A stretch of 64,000 nucleotides of DNA from a virus. A model generated the notes under the pieces. It worked only from the letters and a program-made list of their open reading frames with translations. It ran no database searches and was not told the DNA's origin. A program made the position numbers and the translations under genes. Every line of letters begins with the position of its first letter. Position 1 is the first letter of the stretch. The stretch spans positions 19,471 through 83,470 of the IMG/VR virus record IMGVR_UViG_3300046536_000173, one strand, 5' to 3'. Positions 25,065 through 34,174 of this stretch are shown here, piece after piece.

Positions 25065-26793
25065 GCCTCCCGCGCCTCCTCCTCCCGGTGATGATCCGCG
25101 CCGCTTCACGCGCGACGCGCTCGACTATGCGAAGCGCACCGCCGACGATCCCGCCGCCGCCTCGATCCACGCCCGCGCCGCGTGCGAGCGCTTCATCCGC
25201 GACCATGCCGAAGCATCGAAGCGCGACACCCGCTGGTCGTTCGACGACACCGCCGCGATCCGCGCGATGGTGTTCGCGACTCAAATGCCCAACATCAAAG
25301 GCCCGGAAGCGAACAAGCCGATCCGCCTGATGGACTGGCAAAAGTTCGCATATAGTAACATTTTCGGGTTCCTGGAGCGTGGCACGACGACCCGCCGCTT
25401 CCGACAGGCGGGCATCTTCGTTCCGAAGGGTAACGGCAAAACAACGATCTCCGCGCCGCTCGCGATGTATATGACATTCGGCGAGGGCGAGGGTGGAGCG
25501 GAGGGCTACGCCGCCGCCGTCACAAGAGATCAGGCCCGCATCCTGTTTGACACCGCGTCGAACATGGTCCGCCGCTCGCCCGACATGCAACGCGCCTGGG
25601 GCGTCGGCGTGCTGACGAATTCGATCTTCCAGGAACGCACCGCCTCGCGCTTCATCCCGATCTCCTCCGACGCGAAGGCGCTCGACGGCCTCAACGTCGC
25701 CGTCGCCGTGTGCGATGAAATCGGATCGCACCGCACGAGCGAAGTCTATGACGCGCTGATAACCGCGATGGGCAAGCGTCATCAGCCGTTCCTCCTGTCG
25801 ATCTCGACCGCGACCAGCAACAGCGCCGGGATCGGAAAACAGGTCTGGGATTACGTGCTCCGCGTCGTGCAAGGCGGGCAGGATGACGATCGGCTGTTCG
25901 GCATCATCTATTCGATCGACGACCAGGATGATCCGTGGGACGAAGCGACCTGGGTCAAGGCAAATCCGGGCTGGGGCCATAGCGTGCAACCGGACGCGAT
26001 CCGCGCGATCATGCGACAGGCCCGCAACAACCCCGCGCAAGAGATGTCCGCCCGGACGCGGCACCTCAACGTGTGGGTCGGCGCCGACGAAGCGCTTTTC
26101 TCAACGCGCGCATGGAACGCGTGCGGCGACGCCTCGCTTCAAATCGCCGCCTTCGAGGGCCGCGAATGTTACATCGGCGTCGATCTCGCCTCGCGCGCCG
26201 ACCTCGCCGCCGTCGTCGCGGTGTTCCCGCAAACCGTCACCGTCGAGGGCCGCGACGCGCTGATGTTCACGGTGTTCGCGCGCTGTTACCTCAACGAAGC
26301 CGCCGTGATGGAAGCGCGCAACCCGTCATATCCGGGGTGGGCCGCGAACAACGAATTGATCATCACGCAAGGCAACGAAACCGACTTCCACACGATCGAG
26401 GCCGACATCCTCGACATGAATTCGCGCTTCCGCCTGATGTCGCTCGCCTTCGATCCCTTCAACAGCGTGCACATGGCGCAACGCCTGACCGCGCGCGGTG
26501 TGCCGTGCCGCGAATTCCGATCGAACGCGCAAAACTTCAGCCCCGCGACGCGTGAACTCGAAGCCGCGATCCGGGGCAGTCGCATTCAACACGACATGAA
26601 CGGCCCGCTGGGCTGGTGCATCGGAAACGTCGTCGGCCACACCGACGCCCGCGACAACGTGTATCCGCGCAAAGCACGCCCGGAGAACAAGATCGACGCC
26701 GCGATCGCGCTGATCATGGCGATCGCGCAAGCGACCGATCTCGCCGCAGCGCCCTCCGTTTACGAGACAAGGGGGTTGATCACACTCGGATGA
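25051..26793 (+). CDS. terL: Terminase large subunit (HK97-like)
   Basis: Walker A VPKGNGKT, Walker B VCDE, ISTA, KANP, GVDL and KIDAAIA motifs. Confidence 0.95.
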   Translation: MARRKPPAPPPPGDDPRRFTRDALDYAKRTADDPAAASIHARAACERFIRDHAEASKRDTRWSFDDTAAIRAMVFATQMPNIKGPEANKPIRLMDWQKFAYSNIFGFLERGTTTRRFRQAGIFVPKGNGKTTISAPLAMYMTFGEGEGGAEGYAAAVTRDQARILFDTASNMVRRSPDMQRAWGVGVLTNSIFQERTASRFIPISSDAKALDGLNVAVAVCDEIGSHRTSEVYDALITAMGKRHQPFLLSISTATSNSAGIGKQVWDYVLRVVQGGQDDDRLFGIIYSIDDQDDPWDEATWVKANPGWGHSVQPDAIRAIMRQARNNPAQEMSARTRHLNVWVGADEALFSTRAWNACGDASLQIAAFEGRECYIGVDLASRADLAAVVAVFPQTVTVEGRDALMFTVFARCYLNEAAVMEARNPSYPGWAANNELIITQGNETDFHTIEADILDMNSRFRLMSLAFDPFNSVHMAQRLTARGVPCREFRSNAQNFSPATRELEAAIRGSRIQHDMNGPLGWCIGNVVGHTDARDNVYPRKARPENKIDAAIALIMAIAQATDLAAAPSVYETRGLITLG

Positions 26794-28172
26794 AATCACC
26801 CGTCGCACGCCTGATCAACGCGATGCGCCTCGGCCTCGCCGATCGCCCGACCGCCACGCGCACCGAACCGTCGATCGAGACGAAGGACAGCGCCGCCGTG
26901 ACCTCGACGCTGGGCGGTCTGGGCTGGCCGCAGCCGATGCTATACGCCGCCCTCGGTGGCTACGCGTCGAACACCGGAGTCCCGGTGACGCCCTTCACCG
27001 CGCTCCAGGCATCGGCGGTTTACGCGTGCATCCGCATGATCAGCCAGGACATGGCCATGCTGAAGCCGTTCATCCGCCGCACGCTGGTCGGTGGGGGTTA
27101 TCGCCGCGAGCTTCAGCATCCGCTCGCGAAGCTGTTTCGCCGTCCGAACCGCTGGCAAACCGGGTTCGAATTCGTTTCATACATGTGCACGTCGCTTTGC
27201 CTCCGTGGCAACGCCTTCATCGTCGTCGAGCGCGACAAAGACGCGAACCCGGTGGAGCTTGTCCCGATCGCGCCCGACCGTTGCTCGATCATGCTGTCGG
27301 AGGATGGCGAGCTTTGGTATCGCATCAACAGCCGCCGCCTGGGTTACGGGCTGGTCGTGCCGCCCGATGACATGATCCACCTTAAAAACATGTCGCTCGA
27401 CGGCTACATGGGCGCCTCGCCGATCGCGCTCGCGCAAGACATCGTGGGCCTCGCCCTCGCGACGCAACAGCATGGCGGCATCCTGTTCCGCCAGGGCGGA
27501 CAGATCGGCGGCGTCGTGTCGCATCCCGGCAAGCTGTCGAAGGAAGCATCCGATCGCGTCGCGAATTCGTGGCGCGAGACGCACGCCGGAGTCCAGAACG
27601 CGCACAAGGTCGCGATCCTGGAGGAAGGGATGACCTTCAACAAAGTCGCGATCACGAACGAAGAGGCGCAATTCCTGGAGACGCGCCGCTTCCAGGTGCA
27701 AGAGATCGCCCGCCTGTATGGCGTGCCGCCGCACCGCCTCGGCGAACTCGACAAGGCGACGTTGAACAACATCGAACAGCAAAACCAGCAATACGTTGAC
27801 AGCGCGTTGAAGCCGATCGCGAACGCGATCGAGCAATTGTTCGATCATCATCTCCTGTTCGACGACGAACGATCGATGCTCGAATGTAAGTTCGACTTCG
27901 ACGACATGACGCGCGGCGACATGTTGACCCGCTTCAACGCGTATCAGGTCGGAACCCTCAACGGCTGGCTGTCGCGCAACGAAGTCCGCGCCCGCGAAAA
28001 CATGAACCCGATCGAGGATGGGCACGGCGACGAATACCGCGTGCCGCTCAATACCGCCGTCCCCTCCGACAACCTCGCGCAAGTGACGACCGCGCCAAGC
28101 GTGACCGATGACGCGCCGGGGGCGAACGCGACCACGCCGGAACCTGGAGCGCCCGACGATGCAGATAATTAG
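26790..28172 (+). CDS. Portal protein (HK97 family)
   Basis: AVYACI, RGNAF, G.SPI, QFLETR, IARLYGVPP and NEVRARE motifs. Confidence 0.95.
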   Translation: MKSPVARLINAMRLGLADRPTATRTEPSIETKDSAAVTSTLGGLGWPQPMLYAALGGYASNTGVPVTPFTALQASAVYACIRMISQDMAMLKPFIRRTLVGGGYRRELQHPLAKLFRRPNRWQTGFEFVSYMCTSLCLRGNAFIVVERDKDANPVELVPIAPDRCSIMLSEDGELWYRINSRRLGYGLVVPPDDMIHLKNMSLDGYMGASPIALAQDIVGLALATQQHGGILFRQGGQIGGVVSHPGKLSKEASDRVANSWRETHAGVQNAHKVAILEEGMTFNKVAITNEEAQFLETRRFQVQEIARLYGVPPHRLGELDKATLNNIEQQNQQYVDSALKPIANAIEQLFDHHLLFDDERSMLECKFDFDDMTRGDMLTRFNAYQVGTLNGWLSRNEVRARENMNPIEDGHGDEYRVPLNTAVPSDNLAQVTTAPSVTDDAPGANATTPEPGAPDDADN

Positions 28173-28854
28173 CGCGACGCAATTCAAGAGCTTGAACCGT
28201 GGCCGCAACGTCACGCGCTCGACGATCGCCGTGCGCAAGCAGATCATCGCCCCCGCCGAAGGTCTGGAGCGCGGAGACACGCGCGCGCTGCGCTTCACGA
28301 TCTCGACCGCCGATGTCGATCGCGAACAGGACACGATCGCGATCGCCGGATGGGATCTGACGAACTTCAAGCGCAACCCCGTCGTGCTCTGGGGACACGA
28401 CGCCTCGCGCCTCCCGATCGGTCGCGCCTTCGATGTCTCGATCGAGGGCGGCGCGTTGAAAGCCTCGATCGAATTCATCCCCGCCGACACGCCCGAAGGC
28501 GGCGCTTTCGCCGAGTCCGTCTATCGCCTCGCCCGCGCCGGTTTCATCGCCGCGACCTCCGTCGGGTTCCGCCCCCTGAAATGGGACTACACGCGCGACG
28601 CCGCGCGCGGAGCCGACGACTGGTTTCCGGGGATCGACTTCGAGGAACAAGAGCTTGTCGAGCTTTCCGTCGTCACCGTGCCCGCGAACCCGGAGGCGCT
28701 GATGGACGCGCCCGCGCCGGGTGAGGGCACGGCAACCGCGTCCGACACCCCGCCCGTCTCGGGCGAGGAGGTGACAGCCTTCAACGAAGAACAAACAAGA
28801 GCACGAGCACGCCGCCGACGCGCGCTCCAACTGGCACTGGCAACGACCGACTGA
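28159..28854 (+). CDS. Prohead protease (HK97 family)
   Basis: NPVVLWGHD, SVGF and ELSVVTVPANP motifs. Confidence 0.92.
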   Translation: MQIISATQFKSLNRGRNVTRSTIAVRKQIIAPAEGLERGDTRALRFTISTADVDREQDTIAIAGWDLTNFKRNPVVLWGHDASRLPIGRAFDVSIEGGALKASIEFIPADTPEGGAFAESVYRLARAGFIAATSVGFRPLKWDYTRDAARGADDWFPGIDFEEQELVELSVVTVPANPEALMDAPAPGEGTATASDTPPVSGEEVTAFNEEQTRARARRRRALQLALATTD

Positions 28855-28908
28855 AATCGGATCAACGCGCCGCGCGATCCCGCGCCGCGCACACATAGGA
28901 CAATCGCA

Positions 28909-30459
28909 ATGGCTGGCTTGTCAGAAAAACACCGTGACCTAAAGCGTCGGCGCGCTGAAATCGTCGAGAAAATGGGCGCCATCGTCAACAAAGACACGGA
29001 CGAAACGCCGATCGACGAAGCCGGATCGACGACCTTCGACGAACTGTCGGCGGCACTCGCCGCGATCGATCAACGCCTCCAGCGCGTCGCCGCCGCGATG
29101 CAAGCCGCCGCCGAAGGGGCGACGGACGCGAACGGAGACGACGACAGCGACACCGAAGCCGACGACGACGACAAGAGCCTCGCCCGTGGCGGTTTCCGCG
29201 TGCGCGAAGGTGGCCGGCGAACCCCCGCGCAAGCGAAGCGCGATCCCGATGCGGGCCTGAAGGAAAAGCGGGGCGTGAAAGCCGCGCGCTTCGTGCTGGG
29301 CCTGATGCACGCGCGCTATAACAAGGTTTCGATGCAAAAGGCGTCGGAATTCATCGCGACCCGCTTCGGCGACGACATCGTTGCGCGCGCCCTCAACAGC
29401 GGCGTGACGGGCGAAGGCGGCGCGCTGATCCCGCAAGACTTCATGGCGGACCTGATCGAACTGTTGCGCGCCTCGACCGCCGTTCGCGGATCAAACCCGA
29501 TGGAAATCGGGATGCCGATGGGCAACATCACGATCCCGCGCCTCGCCGGAGGAGCGACCGCCGCGTATCAGAACGAACTTGACGACATCGCCGTGTCGCA
29601 AGAGCGCTTCGACGACGTGAACCTTGTCGCGAAAAAGCTCACGGCGATGGTTCCCGTGTCGAACGATCTGATCCGCCGCGCGCCGATCGGAGTCGAGGAG
29701 GTGGTGCGCGACGATCTCGTGCAAACCGTCGCCCGCCGCGAGGATTTGGCGTTCCTCCGTGGTGACGGAACCGACAAGGGTCCGATCGGAATGCGGCATC
29801 TCGCCTTGCCCGCGAACATCATCACGATCGCGCCGATGCCCGCGACGCCCGCGCCCGGAGATCAACTGACCGCCATCCTCGCCGCCGCGTCCGCCGCGAT
29901 CCTGACGTTGCAAAACGGCATGTCGCGGATGCTTCGCCCGACCTGGATCATGGCGCCGACGATGGCCCGCTTCATCGCGACCGCCCGCGACTCCGTTGGC
30001 GGGTTCTACTTCAAAGACGAGATGGCGGCGGGGACATTCGAGGGCTACCCCGTCAAATTGACGCAGCAAATCCCGACGAACTTGGTCATGAGCACATACA
30101 CGAAGGCGTCGGAAATTTACTTCGTTGACATGGCGGATTTTATCATCGCCGACACATACAACGTCGTCGTCGATGCCTCCGATGTCGCCGCATACAACGA
30201 CGGCGTGTCGATGGTCTCCGCTTTCCAGCGCGATCAATCGCTGTTCCGTGTCATCGCGGAGCACGATTGCAACATGCGGCACCTTCAGTCGCTCGTGGTG
30301 TTGCTCGTGCAAGACTGGGCCTTCAGCGGAATGCCGGGGTCGCCTGGGGCGCCTTACTCGACGCAACCCCTCAACCCCACATGGTCGCAAGCCGGAGCCA
30401 TCAGGCCCGCCCTGGCGACCGGCGCGAACGCGCCGCCGCCACTCAAAGACCCGGCATAA
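28909..30459 (+). CDS. Major capsid protein (HK97 fold, with delta domain)
   Basis: Coiled-coil N-terminus, GGALIP, VPVSNDLI and AFLRGDG motifs. Confidence 0.93.
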   Translation: MAGLSEKHRDLKRRRAEIVEKMGAIVNKDTDETPIDEAGSTTFDELSAALAAIDQRLQRVAAAMQAAAEGATDANGDDDSDTEADDDDKSLARGGFRVREGGRRTPAQAKRDPDAGLKEKRGVKAARFVLGLMHARYNKVSMQKASEFIATRFGDDIVARALNSGVTGEGGALIPQDFMADLIELLRASTAVRGSNPMEIGMPMGNITIPRLAGGATAAYQNELDDIAVSQERFDDVNLVAKKLTAMVPVSNDLIRRAPIGVEEVVRDDLVQTVARREDLAFLRGDGTDKGPIGMRHLALPANIITIAPMPATPAPGDQLTAILAAASAAILTLQNGMSRMLRPTWIMAPTMARFIATARDSVGGFYFKDEMAAGTFEGYPVKLTQQIPTNLVMSTYTKASEIYFVDMADFIIADTYNVVVDASDVAAYNDGVSMVSAFQRDQSLFRVIAEHDCNMRHLQSLVVLLVQDWAFSGMPGSPGAPYSTQPLNPTWSQAGAIRPALATGANAPPPLKDPA

Positions 30460-30477
30460 TCGGAGGAGCTTCGCACA

Positions 30478-31203
30478 ATGCCAGACGATCGAAACGACGC
30501 GCCGCGCTTCGTCCCCCTCGGCTCGATGCCGGGGGGGTTGGAATTCCCCCCGCGACGCTATCCGCCCGACCCGCGACATCTCGACATCCCGCGCACGTTC
30601 GACCCGCGCGCGTCGGTGCAGCTTGAACGCAGCGCGCGCGACATCGCGGCGGGCAAGCCTGGAGCCGCCGCGCGCGAGGATGCCGATCGCGCGACGCCGG
30701 AGAACCCGACCGGACGCGCGACGCCGGGGAACCCAAGTGGCGAACCCGCGCCGACCGGGGTCGAGGGCGCGACGGAGCGCGAAACGCCCGTGACCTTCAA
30801 TCAGCATTTCGCCAGCTATAACGCTGGCGAAACCGCCGCCTTCAGCGCCGACGAAGCCGCCCGCCTCGCCGACCTCGGCGTGACCGGCGAAGCGCCGCCC
30901 GCTGGAGCCGCGCCCGTCAACACGACGGTCCCCGCCGTCACGCAAGCCGCCGACGTGCTGTCGTGCACGATGGGGACGTGGGACGGGGAGCCGACCGCCT
31001 ACGCCTACGCCTGGACCCTCGACGGCGCGTCGGTCGGAACCGACAGCGACACGCACACCGTCACGAGCGCCGAAGCGGGCCAGACCGCTGTTTGCACCGT
31101 CACCGCGACGAACGCGACCGGATCGACCGCCGCGCCGCCCTCGACGGGTGTCGTCGTCACCGATCCAGCCGGAGCGACGCGAAGCGGGAGGCATAGGTCG
31201 TGA
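30478..31203 (+). CDS. Putative head decoration protein with Ig-like C-terminal domain
   Basis: PVNTTVPAV...LSC..GTW...YAYAW...VCTVTATNATG. Confidence 0.65.
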   Translation: MPDDRNDAPRFVPLGSMPGGLEFPPRRYPPDPRHLDIPRTFDPRASVQLERSARDIAAGKPGAAAREDADRATPENPTGRATPGNPSGEPAPTGVEGATERETPVTFNQHFASYNAGETAAFSADEAARLADLGVTGEAPPAGAAPVNTTVPAVTQAADVLSCTMGTWDGEPTAYAYAWTLDGASVGTDSDTHTVTSAEAGQTAVCTVTATNATGSTAAPPSTGVVVTDPAGATRSGRHRS

Positions 31204-31412
31204 GCGCGACCGTGGTTCCGGGCACACTGGTCCATATGCGGACCTTGCGCCGCTTCGCGCATTACACGGCGGGCGAGCTTATCGCCGTTCCGTTCGATGC
31301 CGCGCGCGACCTCGACGCGAAGCGCCTCGCGCAGCCGTTGCAATTGTTCGTGCCGGGGGCGGAGGGCGACGCGCAGCCCGTCCGCCAGCCGACCGGCGTC
31401 GTGCGGAAATAG
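31200..31412 (+). CDS. Small head-associated protein
   Basis: YTAGE motif paralogous to YNAGE in the preceding gene. Confidence 0.65.
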   Translation: MSATVVPGTLVHMRTLRRFAHYTAGELIAVPFDAARDLDAKRLAQPLQLFVPGAEGDAQPVRQPTGVVRK

Positions 31413-31417
31413 CGCCG

Positions 31418-32050
31418 ATGTATGGCGGGTTGCGCGTCGTCGAGGCCCCCGCGACGGAGCCGGTATCGATCGAGCTTGTCCGCCAGCATTGCCGCATCGA
31501 CGCGGACTATGACGACGAACTGGTGGCGATGTATGTGACCAGCGCGCGGCAAGAGGCGGAAGCCTACTTAAACCGCGCGCTGTTCACGCAACGCTTGCGA
31601 TACAACATCACCTGGGCGCCGCCGCCGACCGCGACGCCGCTCGTGCCGCAATCGCTGATCGTGTTTCCGCTCAACTGGCCCCCGCTCGTGAAAGCGCCGA
31701 TCGAGCTTCCGCGCCCGCCCGCGATCTCCGTCGAGCAAATCACCTGGGGACCGCTCGACGACATGCAAATCGCCGACCCGGAGGATTACACGCTCAACCT
31801 GGGCGTCGATCCCGCATATGTCTCCGTCAAACCGCAATTGCTGCCACGCATCCCGCAACAGTCGATGGTGATCGACTTCACGGCGGGCTATGACGCCGCC
31901 GATCCGCTCGCGATCCCGACGCCGATCCGCATGGCGATCCTGACCGGCGCCGCGCACCATTACGAAAACCGGGGCGACGTGTCCGCCGACATGCCGCCCG
32001 CGTTTTACCGCCTCCTCGACCCGTTCCGGGTCTGGACCTTCAGCGGATGA
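31418..32050 (+). CDS. Head-tail connector (gp6-like)
   Basis: EPVS....HCRID...DD and P..IR.AIL....H.YENR motifs. Confidence 0.88.
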   Translation: MYGGLRVVEAPATEPVSIELVRQHCRIDADYDDELVAMYVTSARQEAEAYLNRALFTQRLRYNITWAPPPTATPLVPQSLIVFPLNWPPLVKAPIELPRPPAISVEQITWGPLDDMQIADPEDYTLNLGVDPAYVSVKPQLLPRIPQQSMVIDFTAGYDAADPLAIPTPIRMAILTGAAHHYENRGDVSADMPPAFYRLLDPFRVWTFSG

Positions 32051-32169
32051 CCGGATCGCCCCGCCGCTTCAGCCGCGCGCGGATCGAGCTTCTGGCAACC
32101 GCCGCCGTCGCGCTCCTGGGGGTGCTCGTGCTCCTCCTCGACCTCCTGACGGGTGTCGATGCCCGATAA
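32047..32169 (+). CDS. 40-aa membrane peptide
   Basis: IELLATAAVALLGVLVLLLDLL. ATGA overlap start. Confidence 0.5.
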   Translation: MTGSPRRFSRARIELLATAAVALLGVLVLLLDLLTGVDAR

Positions 32170-32641
32170 CCCGACCGGCGCCCTGACGGCCTCCACGGGG
32201 ATCGGCGCGCTGCGCTCGCTCGTGACCCTGTATCGCCGCGACCAGGAACCCGCCGCCGACCTCGCGCTGCAGGAACGGCTGGTGCCGATCGCCACCGTGC
32301 ACGCCTCGATCGAGCCGACGTTCGCGAGCACGTTTTACGCCTCGACGCAGGTCGACCAGCCGGTGACGCACATGATCACGATCCGCTGGCAAGAGTATTT
32401 GCCGACGATCGATGTCATCGTGCGCTCGACGAAGCGCCCCGACACGGACGGCATCCGATCGGAGCTTTTCCGCGTGCGCCGCTCGAAGGAAGTCGGAGGC
32501 CGCAAGCGCTTCCTTCAGATCGAGTGCGAGCTTGAACACGCCCGGATCACGCCCGACGACCGCGACGGAACCCGCAACGCCCTGTTGACCGAACCCTATG
32601 ACGGCGCCGGGGCCGCGCCGCCCGGAGTGAACCCGACATGA
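32159..32641 (+). CDS. Head closure / head-tail adaptor
   Basis: IG.LR..VTL, V.ASI and TH.ITIRW motifs. Confidence 0.75.
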   Translation: MPDNPTGALTASTGIGALRSLVTLYRRDQEPAADLALQERLVPIATVHASIEPTFASTFYASTQVDQPVTHMITIRWQEYLPTIDVIVRSTKRPDTDGIRSELFRVRRSKEVGGRKRFLQIECELEHARITPDDRDGTRNALLTEPYDGAGAAPPGVNPT

Positions 32642-32805
32642 CGCTGATCCTGGTCATCGTGCTCGTGCTCCTCCTCGCCGGGGGCGGCTACGGATGGCGC
32701 GCCGGATATTACGGCGCGAGCGACCCGCTGGGCATCATCCTGATCGTCATCCTGTTGGTGCTCGTGTTTGGCCTCGTGCGCGGACCTCACTGGGGCTGGT
32801 GGTGA
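32638..32805 (+). CDS. 55-aa two-TM protein (DUF3309-like), holin candidate
   Basis: MTLILVIVLVLLLAGGGYGW...PLGIILIVILLVLVFG. Overlapping start and stop on both sides. Confidence 0.6.
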   Translation: MTLILVIVLVLLLAGGGYGWRAGYYGASDPLGIILIVILLVLVFGLVRGPHWGWW

Positions 32806-33323
32806 GCGATCTGAAGCTGACCGTCACAAGCTGGGGCACCGTCGCGCTCGACAAGCGCGAATTGCGCGCCCTCATGCGCGCGGCCGGCAATGACGTGAAA
32901 AGCAAAACCGCCCGCCTGATCAACAAAAGCCAGGGCGGGGGCCGGAGCTATTTCGGACCCGCTGGACGCTATACCGCGTCGTCGCCTGGAGCGCCGCCCG
33001 TGCGCGTGTCCGGGGATCTCCGATCGAGCTTGCGGACCTATCCCTTCAAGTCGGGCGAGGGCTTCGCCGTCCGCGCCCGCGCCCCCTACGCGACGCCGCT
33101 CGAAGCCGGGGCCTTTGGCGGGGCGCCCGGAAGCTCGAAGCGCCGCGAGCATCGCAAGCTGTCCGCGCCGATCCGCAAAGCGCGCGCCAAGTCGCGGGGC
33201 GAGGGCCGCGAGATGGAGCCGCGCCCGTTCCTCGATCTCGTGATGACGCGGGAAGCGCCCGACCTCGATCGCCGCGTGCGCAAAGCGCTCGAAGGCGCGT
33301 TGACCTGGAAAGAGTCGAAGTGA
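32802..33323 (+). CDS. HK97 gp10-like neck/tail completion protein
   Basis: ASSPG.PP...SG.LR.S, YA..LE.G and M.PRPFL motifs. Confidence 0.8.
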   Translation: MSDLKLTVTSWGTVALDKRELRALMRAAGNDVKSKTARLINKSQGGGRSYFGPAGRYTASSPGAPPVRVSGDLRSSLRTYPFKSGEGFAVRARAPYATPLEAGAFGGAPGSSKRREHRKLSAPIRKARAKSRGEGREMEPRPFLDLVMTREAPDLDRRVRKALEGALTWKESK

Positions 33324-33964
33324 ACGCGCTCGCGCCGCCCTCGATCATGGGCATATTCATCGCGCAATTGCGCCTGTGCGCGCCGATTTTCGGCGGACGC
33401 GTCGCCGGAGCCGCCGAATTTTACGCGGGCCTCAAGAATTACAACACGTCGCTCGCGCTGCCCGCCGCGTATGTGCTCCCGCTCGGCCAGGAAGCCGAAG
33501 CGAACACGATCCTGGGCGGCGGGTTTCAACAGATCGTGCACAAGTCGATCGGTGTCGCCGTCGAACTCGACGCGCAGACCGATCGACGCGGACAGGCGCC
33601 GACGATGAACTTCGAGGAGATCGAGCTTCAGCTTTTCGCCTCCGTGCTCAACCTGTTCATTCCCGGATGCCGCATGTCGAAAGGCATCTGGTTCCAGGGT
33701 GCCCGATACCTCGACCTCGACCGCGCGCGTCTGTTCTACCAGTGGGAATTTTGCGCCGACCTGATGATCACCGACATCGACGGGGTGCAACCCCTCTCGG
33801 TGCCGCTGGAGCATGTCGAGGTGGACATTCACAACGCGCCGGGGGCCGTGGGCGTGCCCGGAAGCATCCCCGCCGCCGTCGTCGTCGTGCCTACCGGCGA
33901 GCCGCCCTATCCGCCGCCGACCAATGGGCCTTGGCCCGACCCTGACACATCAACGGAGGATTGA
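33320..33964 (+). CDS. Tail terminator-like protein
   Basis: F.GRVAGAAEF, PAAYVLP and DRARL.YQ.EF motifs. Position before the sheath. Confidence 0.75.
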   Translation: MNALAPPSIMGIFIAQLRLCAPIFGGRVAGAAEFYAGLKNYNTSLALPAAYVLPLGQEAEANTILGGGFQQIVHKSIGVAVELDAQTDRRGQAPTMNFEEIELQLFASVLNLFIPGCRMSKGIWFQGARYLDLDRARLFYQWEFCADLMITDIDGVQPLSVPLEHVEVDIHNAPGAVGVPGSIPAAVVVVPTGEPPYPPPTNGPWPDPDTSTED

Positions 33965-33967
33965 ATC

Positions 33968-34171
33968 ATGCTGGTAAAGCCCGTGGCCGGTCGCACCGTG
34001 CGCGATCCGCACTCGCTGGCGGTGTTGCCGGAGGAAGGTCGCGAAGTTCCCGACAACGACGCCTTTTGGCTCCGTCGCCTTCGTGACGGCGACGTGACGA
34101 CCGAACAGCCAACGGCACGCGCCGCGCCGCGAGGGCACGCGCGACACGAACCCGCGCACAGGGAGTCCTAA
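33968..34171 (+). CDS. DUF2635 / Mu gp38-like protein
   Basis: VKP..GR.VRDP...LP.EG..V....FW.RRL.DGDV. Confidence 0.88.
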   Translation: MLVKPVAGRTVRDPHSLAVLPEEGREVPDNDAFWLRRLRDGDVTTEQPTARAAPRGHARHEPAHRES

Positions 34172-34174
34172 GCG

